From: Candidatus Bipolaricaulota bacterium
GTDB taxonomy: Bacteria > Bipolaricaulota > Bipolaricaulia > UBA7950 > UBA9294
Length of the DNA stretch: 39,583 bases
Assembly (NCBI GenBank): GCA_040752575.1
Contig: JBFMGK010000028.1
Coordinates: forward strand, 1 to 39,583
Direction of reading: 5' to 3'
Shown piece after piece: positions 8,661-17,371 of the stretch. A program made the translations under genes and the position numbers. The notes below the pieces were generated by a model that did not search any database, was not told the origin of the DNA, and worked only from the letters and a program-made list of their open reading frames with translations. Every line of letters starts with the position of its first letter. Within the stretch, counting starts at the first letter, position 1.

Positions 8661-8795
8661 CTATCCCAGCCAGCCGAAGAGCGGCCACGGCACGCGGCTC
8701 AAGAATCCAAGACCCGCGAGAAGCACCAGAACAAGGCCAACGAGCACGGCGAGCCAATCCTCGTGGAGAGACCGTCCACGACGAGACGACGACAT
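8661..8795 (-). CDS. Small (44 aa) membrane protein with EDW motif upstream of YeiH (not in ORF track)
   Basis: SD GAGGTGA; MSSSRRGRSLHEDWLAVLVGLVLVLLAGLGFLSRVPWPLFGWLG; stop 4 nt before the YeiH GTG. Confidence 0.75.
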   Translation of the reverse strand: MSSSRRGRSLHEDWLAVLVGLVLVLLAGLGFLSRVPWPLFGWLG

Positions 8796-8899
8796 CGTGA
8801 ATCACCTCGCCGGGATTCTCCCCCAAGAGGGGTAGGGACACAAACAGGCTTCAGGCGGCGGGTGCGAGCCCTGCGCCCCCTCTGACGTGAGGTCCTCAA

Positions 8900-8922
8900 C
8901 GGGGGGGCAGTAGGCCCCCCCG
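8900..8922 (-). terminator. GC-rich hairpin downstream of trpB2, possible terminator
   Basis: CGGGGGGGC-AGTAG-GCCCCCCCG, 9-bp stem about 20 nt past the stop; U-tract weak. Confidence 0.45.
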
Positions 8923-8942
8923 GGACGCGAAGCTGTGCCCGC

Positions 8943-10295
8943 TCAGCAGTACAGACGGCATGGCGCGCCGGCCGCCCCGGCGGCGCCAACCGGATTCGCT
9001 CCGGCGAGTTGCCCGGAAAGAAACGCGGTGTAGGCGCTCATGTCGAAGTGACCGTGGCCGGAGAAGCCGATGAGAATGGTTTTTCGCTCTCCCGTTGCGG
9101 CGCAGTCTCGCGCGGCTTCGACGGCCGCGTGAACCGCGTGAGCGGTCTCGGGCGCCGGGACAATGCCTTGGGTGCGCGCAAACAAGACGGCGCTGGCGAA
9201 TACGTCGAGCTGGTCGTAGGATGCGGCTTCCACGACGCCGTCGGCGACCAGCCGACTCACCAGCGGTGCCATGCCGTGGTAGCGAAGACCTCCGGCGTGA
9301 ATCGGCGGGGGAATGAAGTCGTGCCCCAGCGTGTGCATGCGAAGAAGGGGGGTCGTCGCCGCCGTGTCTCCGAAGTCGTACCGATACTCCCCGCGCGTGA
9401 TGGACGGGCAGACAGTCGGCTCCACCGCAAGGAATCGCGTGGCGGCGCGTCCGGCAAGCACGTGCCGCACGAACGGAAGGGCAAGACCGCCGAAGTTCGA
9501 CCCGCCGCCGACGCACCCGACGACGAGATCCGGCGCCTCGCCAGCCATGTCCATCTGTTGCTCCGCTTCAAGGCCGATGACGGTCTGGTGTAGGAGCACG
9601 TGGTTGAGCACGCTTCCGAGGGAGTACTTCGTGGCCGCATCCCCGCGCGCCATCTCGACAGCCTCCGAGATGGCGATGCCGAGCGAACCTGGAGTATCCG
9701 GCCTCTCCGCGAGCGCTGCGCGTCCGGCCTCCGTCTCTCGGGACGGCGAGGCGTGGATCCGCGCTCCGAAGAGCTCGATCAGAGCCTTTCGGTACGGCTT
9801 CTGCTCGTAGGAGCTTCGCACCATGAACACCGTGCAGCCCAGGTCGAACAACTGGCAGGCGTAGGCCAAGGCACTCCCCCATTGGCCGGCTCCCGTCTCG
9901 GTGGCGATCCGCCGCGTCCCCTCGAGCTTGTTGTAGTACGCCTGCGCGACGGCCGTGTTGGTCTTGTGCGACCCTGTAGGACTTGCGCCCTCGTACTTGA
10001 AATAGATGTGGGCGGGCGTCTCGAGAGCGCGCTCGAGGGCGACGGCGCGCTGCAGCGGTGTCGGCCTCCAACGCCGATACACGTCCAACACAGGCTCCGG
10101 GATGTCGATGAACCGATCGTGCGAGATCTCCTGCTCGACGCAGGCGCGCGGGAAAAGCGCGAGCAGGGCGTCGGGGTCAAGAGGCTCGCGCGTCGCGGGA
10201 TGCAGCGGCGGATCGAGCGGTCGCGGGAGATCGGGAAGCACGTTGAGCCACTTGGTGGGTAAGTCCTGGCTGGCCAGGGGGAACATCGTCTTCAT
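8943..10295 (-). CDS. trpB2: TrpB2-type tryptophan synthase beta-like PLP enzyme
   Basis: YFKYEG.SPTGSHK (PLP Lys), [57 protein letters not shown] before ATG 10295. Confidence 0.93.
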   Translation of the reverse strand: MKTMFPLASQDLPTKWLNVLPDLPRPLDPPLHPATREPLDPDALLALFPRACVEQEISHDRFIDIPEPVLDVYRRWRPTPLQRAVALERALETPAHIYFKYEGASPTGSHKTNTAVAQAYYNKLEGTRRIATETGAGQWGSALAYACQLFDLGCTVFMVRSSYEQKPYRKALIELFGARIHASPSRETEAGRAALAERPDTPGSLGIAISEAVEMARGDAATKYSLGSVLNHVLLHQTVIGLEAEQQMDMAGEAPDLVVGCVGGGSNFGGLALPFVRHVLAGRAATRFLAVEPTVCPSITRGEYRYDFGDTAATTPLLRMHTLGHDFIPPPIHAGGLRYHGMAPLVSRLVADGVVEAASYDQLDVFASAVLFARTQGIVPAPETAHAVHAAVEAARDCAATGERKTILIGFSGHGHFDMSAYTAFLSGQLAGANPVGAAGAAGAPCRLYC

Positions 10296-10417
10296 GTAAG
10301 TCCTTTCTCTGCCTTGGTGGGTTGGTTGGGTTAGCGACGCGCGAAACGGGACGCCACCAAGGCTCAAAAGGAGGTATCGAGAGGGGTGTTGGGGAGCAAC
10401 GCGAGAAGGTCACGGCT

Positions 10418-10450
10418 CTAGACGAGCCAAAGACACCTCCCTCGCGACAT
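10418..10450 (-). CDS. Putative trpB2 leader peptide MSRGRCLWLV (10 aa, one Trp)
   Basis: SD GGGAGGT (10463-10457), ATG at 10450, TAG at 10420-10418; lies between the promoter and trpB2. Confidence 0.65.
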   Translation of the reverse strand: MSRGRCLWLV

Positions 10451-10476
10451 AGCGTTACCTCCCTAGCAACGCCGGC

Positions 10477-10505
10477 ACTATAGCGCCGACCTGCGCACCC
10501 GTCAA
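10477..10505 (-). promoter_or_regulatory. sigma70 promoter of the leader-trpB2 unit
   Basis: TTGACG (10505-10500) - 17 nt - TATAGT (10482-10477). Confidence 0.75.
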
Positions 10506-10849
10506 CGGGGTGTCGCGGCGCTCGACGTCCTGTAGTCCTCGCGCGGTGGGCTCCACGCGTCGTACGCCTCGGCCGGCTCGGAGAGCGCGGCCGCCCCGTG
10601 CAACGTGCCGGCGGGAACACAGACTCCTTCCCCGGCGTGGAGGATGCGGGTGACGCCCTCAAGGGTGAACCGCAGGGCACCTCTCGTCACGATCGTGATC
10701 TGCTCCTCAGGGTGACGATGCTCGGGGACCTGACTCCCGGGAGCGAACGCAAAGTGCGTTAGCATGACGCGGTCGAGCGACACGGCGCGCCTCAGGACGC
10801 CGGGAAGGGCCTCCGAGGCGGGCACGTCATCCATCGCGAAATATGGCAT
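10502..10849 (-). CDS. Cupin domain protein
   Basis: PEHRHPEEQ...G.L.F and VPAGTLH cupin motifs, SPPREDY tail; SD AAAGGAGG before ATG 10849. Confidence 0.9.
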   Translation of the reverse strand: MPYFAMDDVPASEALPGVLRRAVSLDRVMLTHFAFAPGSQVPEHRHPEEQITIVTRGALRFTLEGVTRILHAGEGVCVPAGTLHGAAALSEPAEAYDAWSPPREDYRTSSAATPR

Positions 10850-10912
10850 CCGTTGCCCTCCTTTCGGTGACCTCAGGGTCGCCGAGACCTGCAAGCGCGT
10901 CCAGAGGTCCCG

Positions 10913-10943
10913 AAAAGGGCTCCGGGGCTCCGCGGAGCCCCGG
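10913..10943 (-). terminator. GC hairpin plus TTTT between MFS and cupin genes (terminator or attenuator candidate)
   Basis: Perfect 22-bp palindrome at 10922-10943, a duplicated CGGAGCCC arm, then TTTT on the minus strand. Confidence 0.5.
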
Positions 10944-11056
10944 TATCTCAACTGCCTCGTGAGGAGGTAGGTAGTTCTCTTTCGCAGCGTCACCACATTA
11001 CCCCGAGATTGTGAAGAGCGCGTGATGGGCGGCTGGGTTTCCCGTGTGCCGGCGGT

Positions 11057-12391
11057 CTACCCTCCGGCCGGGCTGTCGTGATCGGGGAGGATCCTTTCGA
11101 CATCCCGCACCGCTCGGAACGCGTATCCTGCAAGACCTACGAAGCTTCCGAGCATCCCCGCCAAGACGAGCATCAGGCCCATGCCGGCTCCCGGACCCGT
11201 TCCGACAAGGTGGGAAAGCAGCCGCGCTGCGGCCGTCTCGCCGGCCATGAACGGCTCGAACACGCGATCGGCGAGCGGACCCGCCGCGAGCATGGCAAGG
11301 GGAACGGAGATCTGTGCGATGAGCCGGCGCGTGGCGAACACGCGGCCCTGCAGCGCTGGAGGAACTTTGGCCTGCCAGATCGCCTGATTCGAGCCGTTGA
11401 TCAGGGGAAGAAGACACGACGTAGCCACGGCGCCCGCCATCCAGATGGGCAGGCTTCGCGCGACACCCAGCAACAGGGTCCCGAAGAGACTCGAGAGAAT
11501 CATCCCGAGAAGCACCCCGTGCACCCGGCGCCTGAACCCTCCCCACGCGGTCATGATGAGCCCGCCGGCGACGCCTCCGATGCCGAACGACATCTGTACC
11601 GAGCCAAAGACCAGGCTGTCGCTCGACGTGCGCGCCAGGATCATCGGAGCGAAGGTCGTGAAGCCGAATGTGGATACGAGGTTGGCAAAGAAGAAGACGA
11701 GCTGTAGGCCGAGGAGACTTCGGCTCGCCAGGATGTAGCGAAACCCGAACAGCGAGTCCTGCCAGAGGCTCGATCGCGACGCAACGCACGCCGACCTCTC
11801 GGGTTCGGGGATGAACACGATGAGCAAGGCGCCGATCGCGACAGCAAACGTTGCGATGTCGATGAGAAAGATGCCCCGAATCCCGATGAGGAGGAGCAGT
11901 CCGCCAGCCAGCATCGGGGCGATAATGCCGGACGCCGCCTCGGCCAAGCCGATCATTGCGTTGGCGCGCGCGTAGTGCCTCTTCTCCATCATGAGCGAGA
12001 TGGCTGCCGAGTAGGCGGGGAACTGAAACGCACCAAACGCGCCGGCGAGGAACCCTGTGACGAACAGGTGCCAAAGCTGGAGCCTTCCCGTTAGGTGAAG
12101 GAGGAACAGCACGATGGTGGAGAGGCCGGCGGCGAGGTCGCTGAGGATCATCACCGTCTTGCGTGGAACGCGGTCGACGATTGCGCCAGCTAGGGGGCTG
12201 AAGAGGACGACCGGCGCGAAGGCGAAGAATCCCACCAGCGCCAGGGCCGTCGCCCTCCCCGTGAGTTGATAGGCCCAGAGGGTGATGGCAAACTGGGTCA
12301 TTCCCGACCCGAGCAACGACACGAACTGACCCAGCCAGACGAGACTGAACCCGAGAAGACCTGTAGGACCGGGCTTTCCCGCGCCACGCAT
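11057..12391 (-). CDS. MFS transporter (DHA3/MefA-like efflux type)
   Basis: WLGQFVSLLGS, GAIVDRVPRK motif A, QAKVP..LQGRVF; about 12 TM segments. Confidence 0.9.
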   Translation of the reverse strand: MRGAGKPGPTGLLGFSLVWLGQFVSLLGSGMTQFAITLWAYQLTGRATALALVGFFAFAPVVLFSPLAGAIVDRVPRKTVMILSDLAAGLSTIVLFLLHLTGRLQLWHLFVTGFLAGAFGAFQFPAYSAAISLMMEKRHYARANAMIGLAEAASGIIAPMLAGGLLLLIGIRGIFLIDIATFAVAIGALLIVFIPEPERSACVASRSSLWQDSLFGFRYILASRSLLGLQLVFFFANLVSTFGFTTFAPMILARTSSDSLVFGSVQMSFGIGGVAGGLIMTAWGGFRRRVHGVLLGMILSSLFGTLLLGVARSLPIWMAGAVATSCLLPLINGSNQAIWQAKVPPALQGRVFATRRLIAQISVPLAMLAAGPLADRVFEPFMAGETAAARLLSHLVGTGPGAGMGLMLVLAGMLGSFVGLAGYAFRAVRDVERILPDHDSPAGG

Positions 12392-12406
12392 CGCGTTCCC
12401 CTAACG

Positions 12407-12727
12407 TTACGTATCGACTCGCTCGATCAAGAACGACACGGGACGAAGGCCGTCGCTGCAGCAGACGACGGCCGTTCCCGGCTGCGCCATCCAAGGAGGA
12501 TCCGCCCCGAAGAGGAGCATGGCGACGTCTCTCTGAATGTCTACCCAAGCCCAATCGCAGGGGAAGTCGGCCGGCTTCTTTGGGAAGCCGTCCACATCGA
12601 ACGACTGCCCCTCCGTGAAGAGGGAACAGGCGCCAAATCCCTGAGGGTATCTCTCTTTCCTTACCCAAGCGTCGACAAGCTCCGCGTGAACTGCTCTCTT
12701 GACGACCGTGATGCGCACCCGCGGCAT
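12407..12727 (-). CDS. TIGR04076-like small Cys-containing protein
   Basis: VRITV.K...C..F.EGQ.F...CDWAW...CCSDGLRPVSFLIER; SD GGAGGAGG. Confidence 0.8.
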   Translation of the reverse strand: MPRVRITVVKRAVHAELVDAWVRKERYPQGFGACSLFTEGQSFDVDGFPKKPADFPCDWAWVDIQRDVAMLLFGADPPWMAQPGTAVVCCSDGLRPVSFLIERVDT

Positions 12728-12837
12728 CGGACCTCCTCCCTGCACGCGGCAGTGTAGCCCGCCCCGGAGGTGCCCGCTAAGGGCGACCTTCCGCCGGACG
12801 GCCGCGCCGTGGTAGGATGCAGCGGGAGGTGAGCGTC

Positions 12838-13212
12838 GTGAGAGAGTTCTCGTTCATCATCGGCAACAACCCCGGCGCCCTGGTGGAAATCGCGGAAGCC
12901 TTCGGGCAGGAGCACGTCAACATCGACGGGATCGCCGGGCTTACGGTCCTCGACGAAGGCGTCTTGGGCATCGTTCCCGACGATCCCGGCAAGGCCCGCA
13001 AGATTCTGAGGGAGAAGGGCGTCGAGTTCGAGGAGCGCGAGGCCCTGGTGCTTGACCTCCCGCACCATCCGGGCGAGCTTGCGACGATCCTTGGACGTCT
13101 CTCGGCGGAGGGGATCAACGTGCTCTCGTTGTACGCCTCCTTCGGGAAGCATCAGATCGTGTTCACCGTGGACGACGTCCCTCGCGCCAAAGGCGTATTC
13201 CGGATCCCGTGA
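12838..13212 (+). CDS. Tandem ACT domain protein
   Basis: NNPGAL...VNI and HHPGEL...L...GINV repeats; SD GGAGGTG. Confidence 0.88.
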   Translation: MREFSFIIGNNPGALVEIAEAFGQEHVNIDGIAGLTVLDEGVLGIVPDDPGKARKILREKGVEFEEREALVLDLPHHPGELATILGRLSAEGINVLSLYASFGKHQIVFTVDDVPRAKGVFRIP

Positions 13213-13266
13213 CCCCTTCGCGGCCGAGCTGAATCGCCCGCGAGCCCCATCGTGAGGAGGAAGCCC

Positions 13267-13713
13267 ATGCTCTGGATCACGCGCTCGCACGTCCACGTGG
13301 ATCGCGTAGCTTGCCCTTGGCTGATCCGTCGCTTCGTAGACAGCGATGCCGAGTTCCTGTTCGTCGCGCCGAGCGAGGTGGCAGCGGTCGCTGCGGCGGA
13401 GGAAGCCACGGCGTTCGATTCCCCCAATGCCGAACTGGGACACAAAGACGGTGCCTGCTCTTTCGACGCCATCGTGGCCAAGTACGGCCTCAAGGACAAG
13501 GCTTTGCTGCGGCTGGCCAGGATCGTCAACGCGGCAGACACGAACAGACTGGGCAACGACCCGATAGCTGCCGGGCTGGAAGCCATCGCCACCGGATACA
13601 GCCTGCGATTCCCCGACGACCCGGAGAATATCGAGCGTCAATTCGAGGTCTATGATGCGCTCTACGCCTGGTGTCGCCTCGAGGCTGCGAAGCATGACGC
13701 AGACCCGCGGTAG
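13267..13713 (+). CDS. ChrB C-terminal-domain (chromate resistance) family protein
   Basis: WITR..VHVDRVACPWLIRRFVD..AEFLFV, H..G.CSFD, YDALYAW; SD GAGGAGG. Confidence 0.88.
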   Translation: MLWITRSHVHVDRVACPWLIRRFVDSDAEFLFVAPSEVAAVAAAEEATAFDSPNAELGHKDGACSFDAIVAKYGLKDKALLRLARIVNAADTNRLGNDPIAAGLEAIATGYSLRFPDDPENIERQFEVYDALYAWCRLEAAKHDADPR

Positions 13714-14950
13714 GCTGCGCGCCGCACTCAGGCGTTCCGTGGCGTTCTTGGGTCTTCGCCGAAGCATCGTCGGGCTCCTCGGCATGGTGGTCTTCGTCGG
13801 CCTGGGCGAACACATGGCCGAGCAGTTCCTGCCGCTCTATCTTCTGACGTTGGGTGGAGGGTTCCTCTCCGTGGGTGCGCTCAACGGCATGGACAACCTG
13901 CTCGGCGCGCTCTACGCGTTCCCGGGCGGCTACCTCGCGGATCGACTGGGGACCAAGCGTGCGCTGCTCGTCTTCAACGTGCTGTCCATGATCGGTTTCG
14001 CGCTCGTCATCCTGATCCCGTCGTGGGTTGCCGTGGTCGGCGGAGCCGTGTTGTTCCTCTCCTGGACAGCCATTTCGCTCCCTGCGACGATGGGACTTGT
14101 CGCACGCGTCTTGCCGAAGGATAAGCGAACGATGGGCGTCTCGATGCACTCGCTCGTCCGTCGCGTGCCGATGGCGGTCGGTCCTCTGGTCGGCGGAGCG
14201 CTCGTCGGGGCGTTCGGTGTCTCGACCGGCGTACGAGCGGCGTTCGGGGTTGCGCTCCTGTTTGCGCTCGTCTCGCTCGTTCTGCAGCAGATCCTCATCG
14301 AACCGGATCCTCCGGCCGGCGAGCGCGATGCGCCTCGCCCCGAGGCAAGGCCGTGGCGCGCGCTGCGCAGCATGCCCACCGATCTTCGGCGGCTTCTTGT
14401 TGCGGACATCCTCGTGAGGTTCTGCGAGCAGATCCCCTACGCGTTTGTCGTCGTGTGGGCGGTCGGAACGGCCGAAGCCCCGGGCCCGGTCACGGCGCTC
14501 CAGTTCGGCGTCTTGCGGTCGATCGAGATGGCCACGGCGATGCTCGTCTACGTTCCCGTCGCAGCTCTTGCCGACCGTTCGCGGAAGAAGCCGTTCGTCG
14601 TCGCGACGTTCGGCTTTTTCACCGCGTTCCCGTTGGCGTTGCTGGTCTCGCGGTCCTTCGGCGCATTGATTCTCGCGTTCATCCTCCGCGGGTTGAAGGA
14701 GTTCGGCGAGCCGACGCGCAAGGCGCTGATCATGGACCTTGCTCCGGAGGGAGCCAAAGCCGCGACGTTCGGGACCTATTACCTCGTGCGCGACCTGATC
14801 GTCTCCGCGGCGGCGTTTGGCGGGGCCTACCTCTGGGCGATTCGCCCCGAGCTGAATCTGTGGGTTGCATCGGCCTTCGGCTTGTTGGGAACGGTGGGCT
14901 TTGCGCTTCGCGGTCGAGATCTAGGACGTGCCGACCCCCATTTCCCCTAG
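13694..14950 (+). CDS. MFS transporter
   Basis: GGYLADRLGTKR and LADRSRKKP motif-A repeats; about 12 TM segments. Confidence 0.88.
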   Translation: MTQTRGRLRAALRRSVAFLGLRRSIVGLLGMVVFVGLGEHMAEQFLPLYLLTLGGGFLSVGALNGMDNLLGALYAFPGGYLADRLGTKRALLVFNVLSMIGFALVILIPSWVAVVGGAVLFLSWTAISLPATMGLVARVLPKDKRTMGVSMHSLVRRVPMAVGPLVGGALVGAFGVSTGVRAAFGVALLFALVSLVLQQILIEPDPPAGERDAPRPEARPWRALRSMPTDLRRLLVADILVRFCEQIPYAFVVVWAVGTAEAPGPVTALQFGVLRSIEMATAMLVYVPVAALADRSRKKPFVVATFGFFTAFPLALLVSRSFGALILAFILRGLKEFGEPTRKALIMDLAPEGAKAATFGTYYLVRDLIVSAAAFGGAYLWAIRPELNLWVASAFGLLGTVGFALRGRDLGRADPHFP

Positions 14951-15879
14951 CGGTTGGCCACAGGTACGGGACGACACCAGGACGCGTGCTTCGCGGACCG
15001 TCCGTGCACGACCTCGTCCAACGCGTCGGCCAGGCGGCAGGCCACGGGTCCCGGCTTCCCATTTCCCACGGCACGCCGGTCGATCTCCACGACCGGGGCG
15101 ACCTCGGTTGCGGTCCCAACGAGGAACAGCTCGTCCGCGACGTAGAGCTCAGAGCGGCCCATCGCCCGTTCGACGACCTCGAGTCCCAGCTCGCGAGCGA
15201 GGACGATGACCGTGTCCCGCGTTATGCCTTCGAGGATGCCGGCCGAGACGGGCGGCGTTACCAGCCGACCTCCGCGCACGGCAAAGAGGTTCGACACCGT
15301 GGCCTCGGAGACCGTCCCATCGCTGCCGAGGAGGATGGCATCGTCGGCGCCGGCGAGGATCGCCTCGGACTTTGCCAGCGCTGCATTGACGTAGGAGCCA
15401 GCGATCTTACCCCGCGGGGGGATCGAGGCGTCGCCTGTCCGCCGCCACGAGGATACGACGACGCGAACCCCATCGGTCACGTTCGCATACCGCGCGAGAG
15501 GGGTGGCAAACATCGACAGCTCAGAGGAGCCTATGTGGGCACACGGGCCGAGTTCGTGATCGGCTCTGTACAGCAGGGGACGCACGTAGGCATCGCCACG
15601 GATGGCTTCCTCGGCCAACAGCGCGAGGACGGCATCCGCAACCTCTTCGTCCGCCAGCGGAAGATCCATGAACAGAATCCGGGCGTTTCGGCGGAGTCGC
15701 TCGATGTGGTCGGCGAGCCGGAAGACGAGGGCTTCCGCGCGATCCTTAAGCCAATAGGCGCGAATCCCCTCGAAAACCGCCAGACCGTAGTTGACCGACG
15801 ACGAGAGGATGCTGATGCGAGCCTCGTCAATCGGAACGATCCGGCGGCCGAACCACGCGAATCGGCTCTCGATCTTCAT
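14947..15879 (-). CDS. ilvE: Branched-chain amino acid aminotransferase (PLP fold IV)
   Basis: YGLAVFEGIRAY, KIAGSYVN, G.VSE....NLF, LEGITR, DELFLVGTATEV.PV. Confidence 0.92.
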   Translation of the reverse strand: MKIESRFAWFGRRIVPIDEARISILSSSVNYGLAVFEGIRAYWLKDRAEALVFRLADHIERLRRNARILFMDLPLADEEVADAVLALLAEEAIRGDAYVRPLLYRADHELGPCAHIGSSELSMFATPLARYANVTDGVRVVVSSWRRTGDASIPPRGKIAGSYVNAALAKSEAILAGADDAILLGSDGTVSEATVSNLFAVRGGRLVTPPVSAGILEGITRDTVIVLARELGLEVVERAMGRSELYVADELFLVGTATEVAPVVEIDRRAVGNGKPGPVACRLADALDEVVHGRSAKHASWCRPVPVANR

Positions 15880-15892
15880 GCGTCTCCTTTCT

Positions 15893-17371
15893 CTAGACGA
15901 CGAATCCCTCGGCGTCTACTTCGCGGCGGACGACGTCTTCTTCGCCCACCTGGCGTAGGGCCACGGCCAGTTTCCTTGCTCCGTCCGAGATGGCGCGCTG
16001 CGGATGGGTTGCGAAGCAGAGCCGGATATGGTTCTCTCCTCCCGAACCGGCGTGAAACAAGGTGCCGACAAGGAACCCAAGACCCTGTTGTACAGAGGCC
16101 TGCAGAAGGCGGAACCCTGTGACCTTCTCAGAGAGGCGCACCCAGAGGAAGAGGCCACCGTGGGGGACGTCGAACGACAGCTCGGGGGCGTAGCGGCGGA
16201 GTGCAGAGGCCATGGAGTCCCGTCGCTCTGCGTAGATTGGGCGCACCTGTTGAAGGTGAGCGTCGAGAAGACCCCGCTTGCAGAACTCATAGAGCGTCGC
16301 CTGGGTGAGGCTGTTGGTGAACAGGTCGATGACGTTGCGAAGTGAGCTCAGGCGGCGAACCACCGGCTGCGGCGCCATCATCCACCCGACGCGAAGGCCC
16401 GGGAAGAGCGCCTTCGAGAACGTCGACAGGTAGATGACATGCCCACCGCGGTCGAGGGATCGCAGAGACGGAAGCGCCGGACCGTCGTACCGGAGAGTCG
16501 CGTAGGCGTCGTCCTCGACGACCGGGAGACCGTACTCCGCAGCCATATCGAGCAGCGCTTCGCGTCGCGGGATCGAGAGCGAGGCGCCCGTCGGGTTGTG
16601 ATGCGTCGGGATGACGTAGAGAAGCTTCGGTTGCACGCGCCGCAAGAGCGCGCGCAAGGCGTCGAGGTCAAGCCCGAGAGGCCCGCTTGGAATGCCGTGA
16701 ATGCGGGCTCCGGCGGCGCGAAACGCGCGCAACGCGCCGGCGTACGTCGGGGCTTCGACGATCACCGCGTCCCCGGGGCGAACGAACGCCTGGGCCAAGA
16801 GATGGAGCCCCTGCGTTGAACCCGTCAGCACGATCACTTCCTCGGCCGCGCATCCGGCGCGTTCGGCGATCCAACTCCGCAGCGGCGGATAGCCGTCGAG
16901 AGGGCAGGACTGCAGGATGCGCGGGCCTTGTTGGCGGAGGACCTCGCTGGTGATCTGCTGAAACGCCTCAGCCGGGTAGAACTCGGGCGAAGGGACGCCG
17001 CCCGCAAACGACAGGAGTCCGGGCGTCGCAAGCATTCGGAGGACCTCGCCGTGCTCCGTAGAGGATGGCCGCGCGCGGTCGGTTAGAAGCCCGTCCCAAT
17101 CCGGCCCGGCGCGCCCCTCGGCGGCCCCCCGTGCGGTCACGACGGTGCCGCGACCCACGCGCCCTTCGACCCACCCCCCGCGTTCGAGTTCCTCGTACGC
17201 GCGTACGACCGTACTGCGGCTTACGCCAAGCTCCTTCGCCAGCTCGCGACTTGTGGGCAATTGGTCTCCCGACCGCAACTCTCCCCGTTCGAGACGCGTG
17301 CGGAGAGATGTGGCGAGCTGCACGTGATAGGGTCCCGAGCCTGGCTGGGGGCGATCGACCGCAATACCCAT
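15893..17371 (-). CDS. MocR/GabR-type GntR regulator with PLP aminotransferase-like domain
   Basis: N-terminal GntR HTH (LPTSRELA..LGVSRSTV..AY), EAPTY, HNPTG, EDDAY, FSKALFPGLRVGW; SD GAGGTGA before ATG 17371. Confidence 0.92.
   Translation of the reverse strand: MGIAVDRPQPGSGPYHVQLATSLRTRLERGELRSGDQLPTSRELAKELGVSRSTVVRAYEELERGGWVEGRVGRGTVVTARGAAEGRAGPDWDGLLTDRARPSSTEHGEVLRMLATPGLLSFAGGVPSPEFYPAEAFQQITSEVLRQQGPRILQSCPLDGYPPLRSWIAERAGCAAEEVIVLTGSTQGLHLLAQAFVRPGDAVIVEAPTYAGALRAFRAAGARIHGIPSGPLGLDLDALRALLRRVQPKLLYVIPTHHNPTGASLSIPRREALLDMAAEYGLPVVEDDAYATLRYDGPALPSLRSLDRGGHVIYLSTFSKALFPGLRVGWMMAPQPVVRRLSSLRNVIDLFTNSLTQATLYEFCKRGLLDAHLQQVRPIYAERRDSMASALRRYAPELSFDVPHGGLFLWVRLSEKVTGFRLLQASVQQGLGFLVGTLFHAGSGGENHIRLCFATHPQRAISDGARKLAVALRQVGEEDVVRREVDAEGFVV

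Noticed and set aside
8900..8945. Selenocysteine readthrough of the trpB2 TGA using the downstream hairpin as SECIS
   Set aside because: Enzyme is already complete; the hairpin is a simple G7/C7 stem more consistent with a terminator
10296..10470. T-box riboswitch upstream of trpB2
   Set aside because: No T-box consensus in terminator context and no stem I motifs seen; the GGTGG present is part of the 10-bp stem, and a uORF explains the region better
10850..10990. TPP or glycine riboswitch upstream of the cupin gene (fragments TGAGATACC, ACCTCTGGA, CACCGAAAGGAG)
   Set aside because: Only short fragments match; the TPP CCTGAT/TAAT core and the glycine CTCTCAGG element are missing
10850..10996. 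49-aa N-terminal extension of the cupin in the ORF track
   Set aside because: Strong SD at ATG 10849; the extension runs through hairpins and is probably fortuitous
14353..16122. Long antisense or alternate-frame ORFs (e.g. 14353-16122, 10998-12668, 23038-24516, 32317-34188, 4838-6121)
   Set aside because: Shadow ORFs expected at high GC; they overlap well-supported genes and show no family motifs
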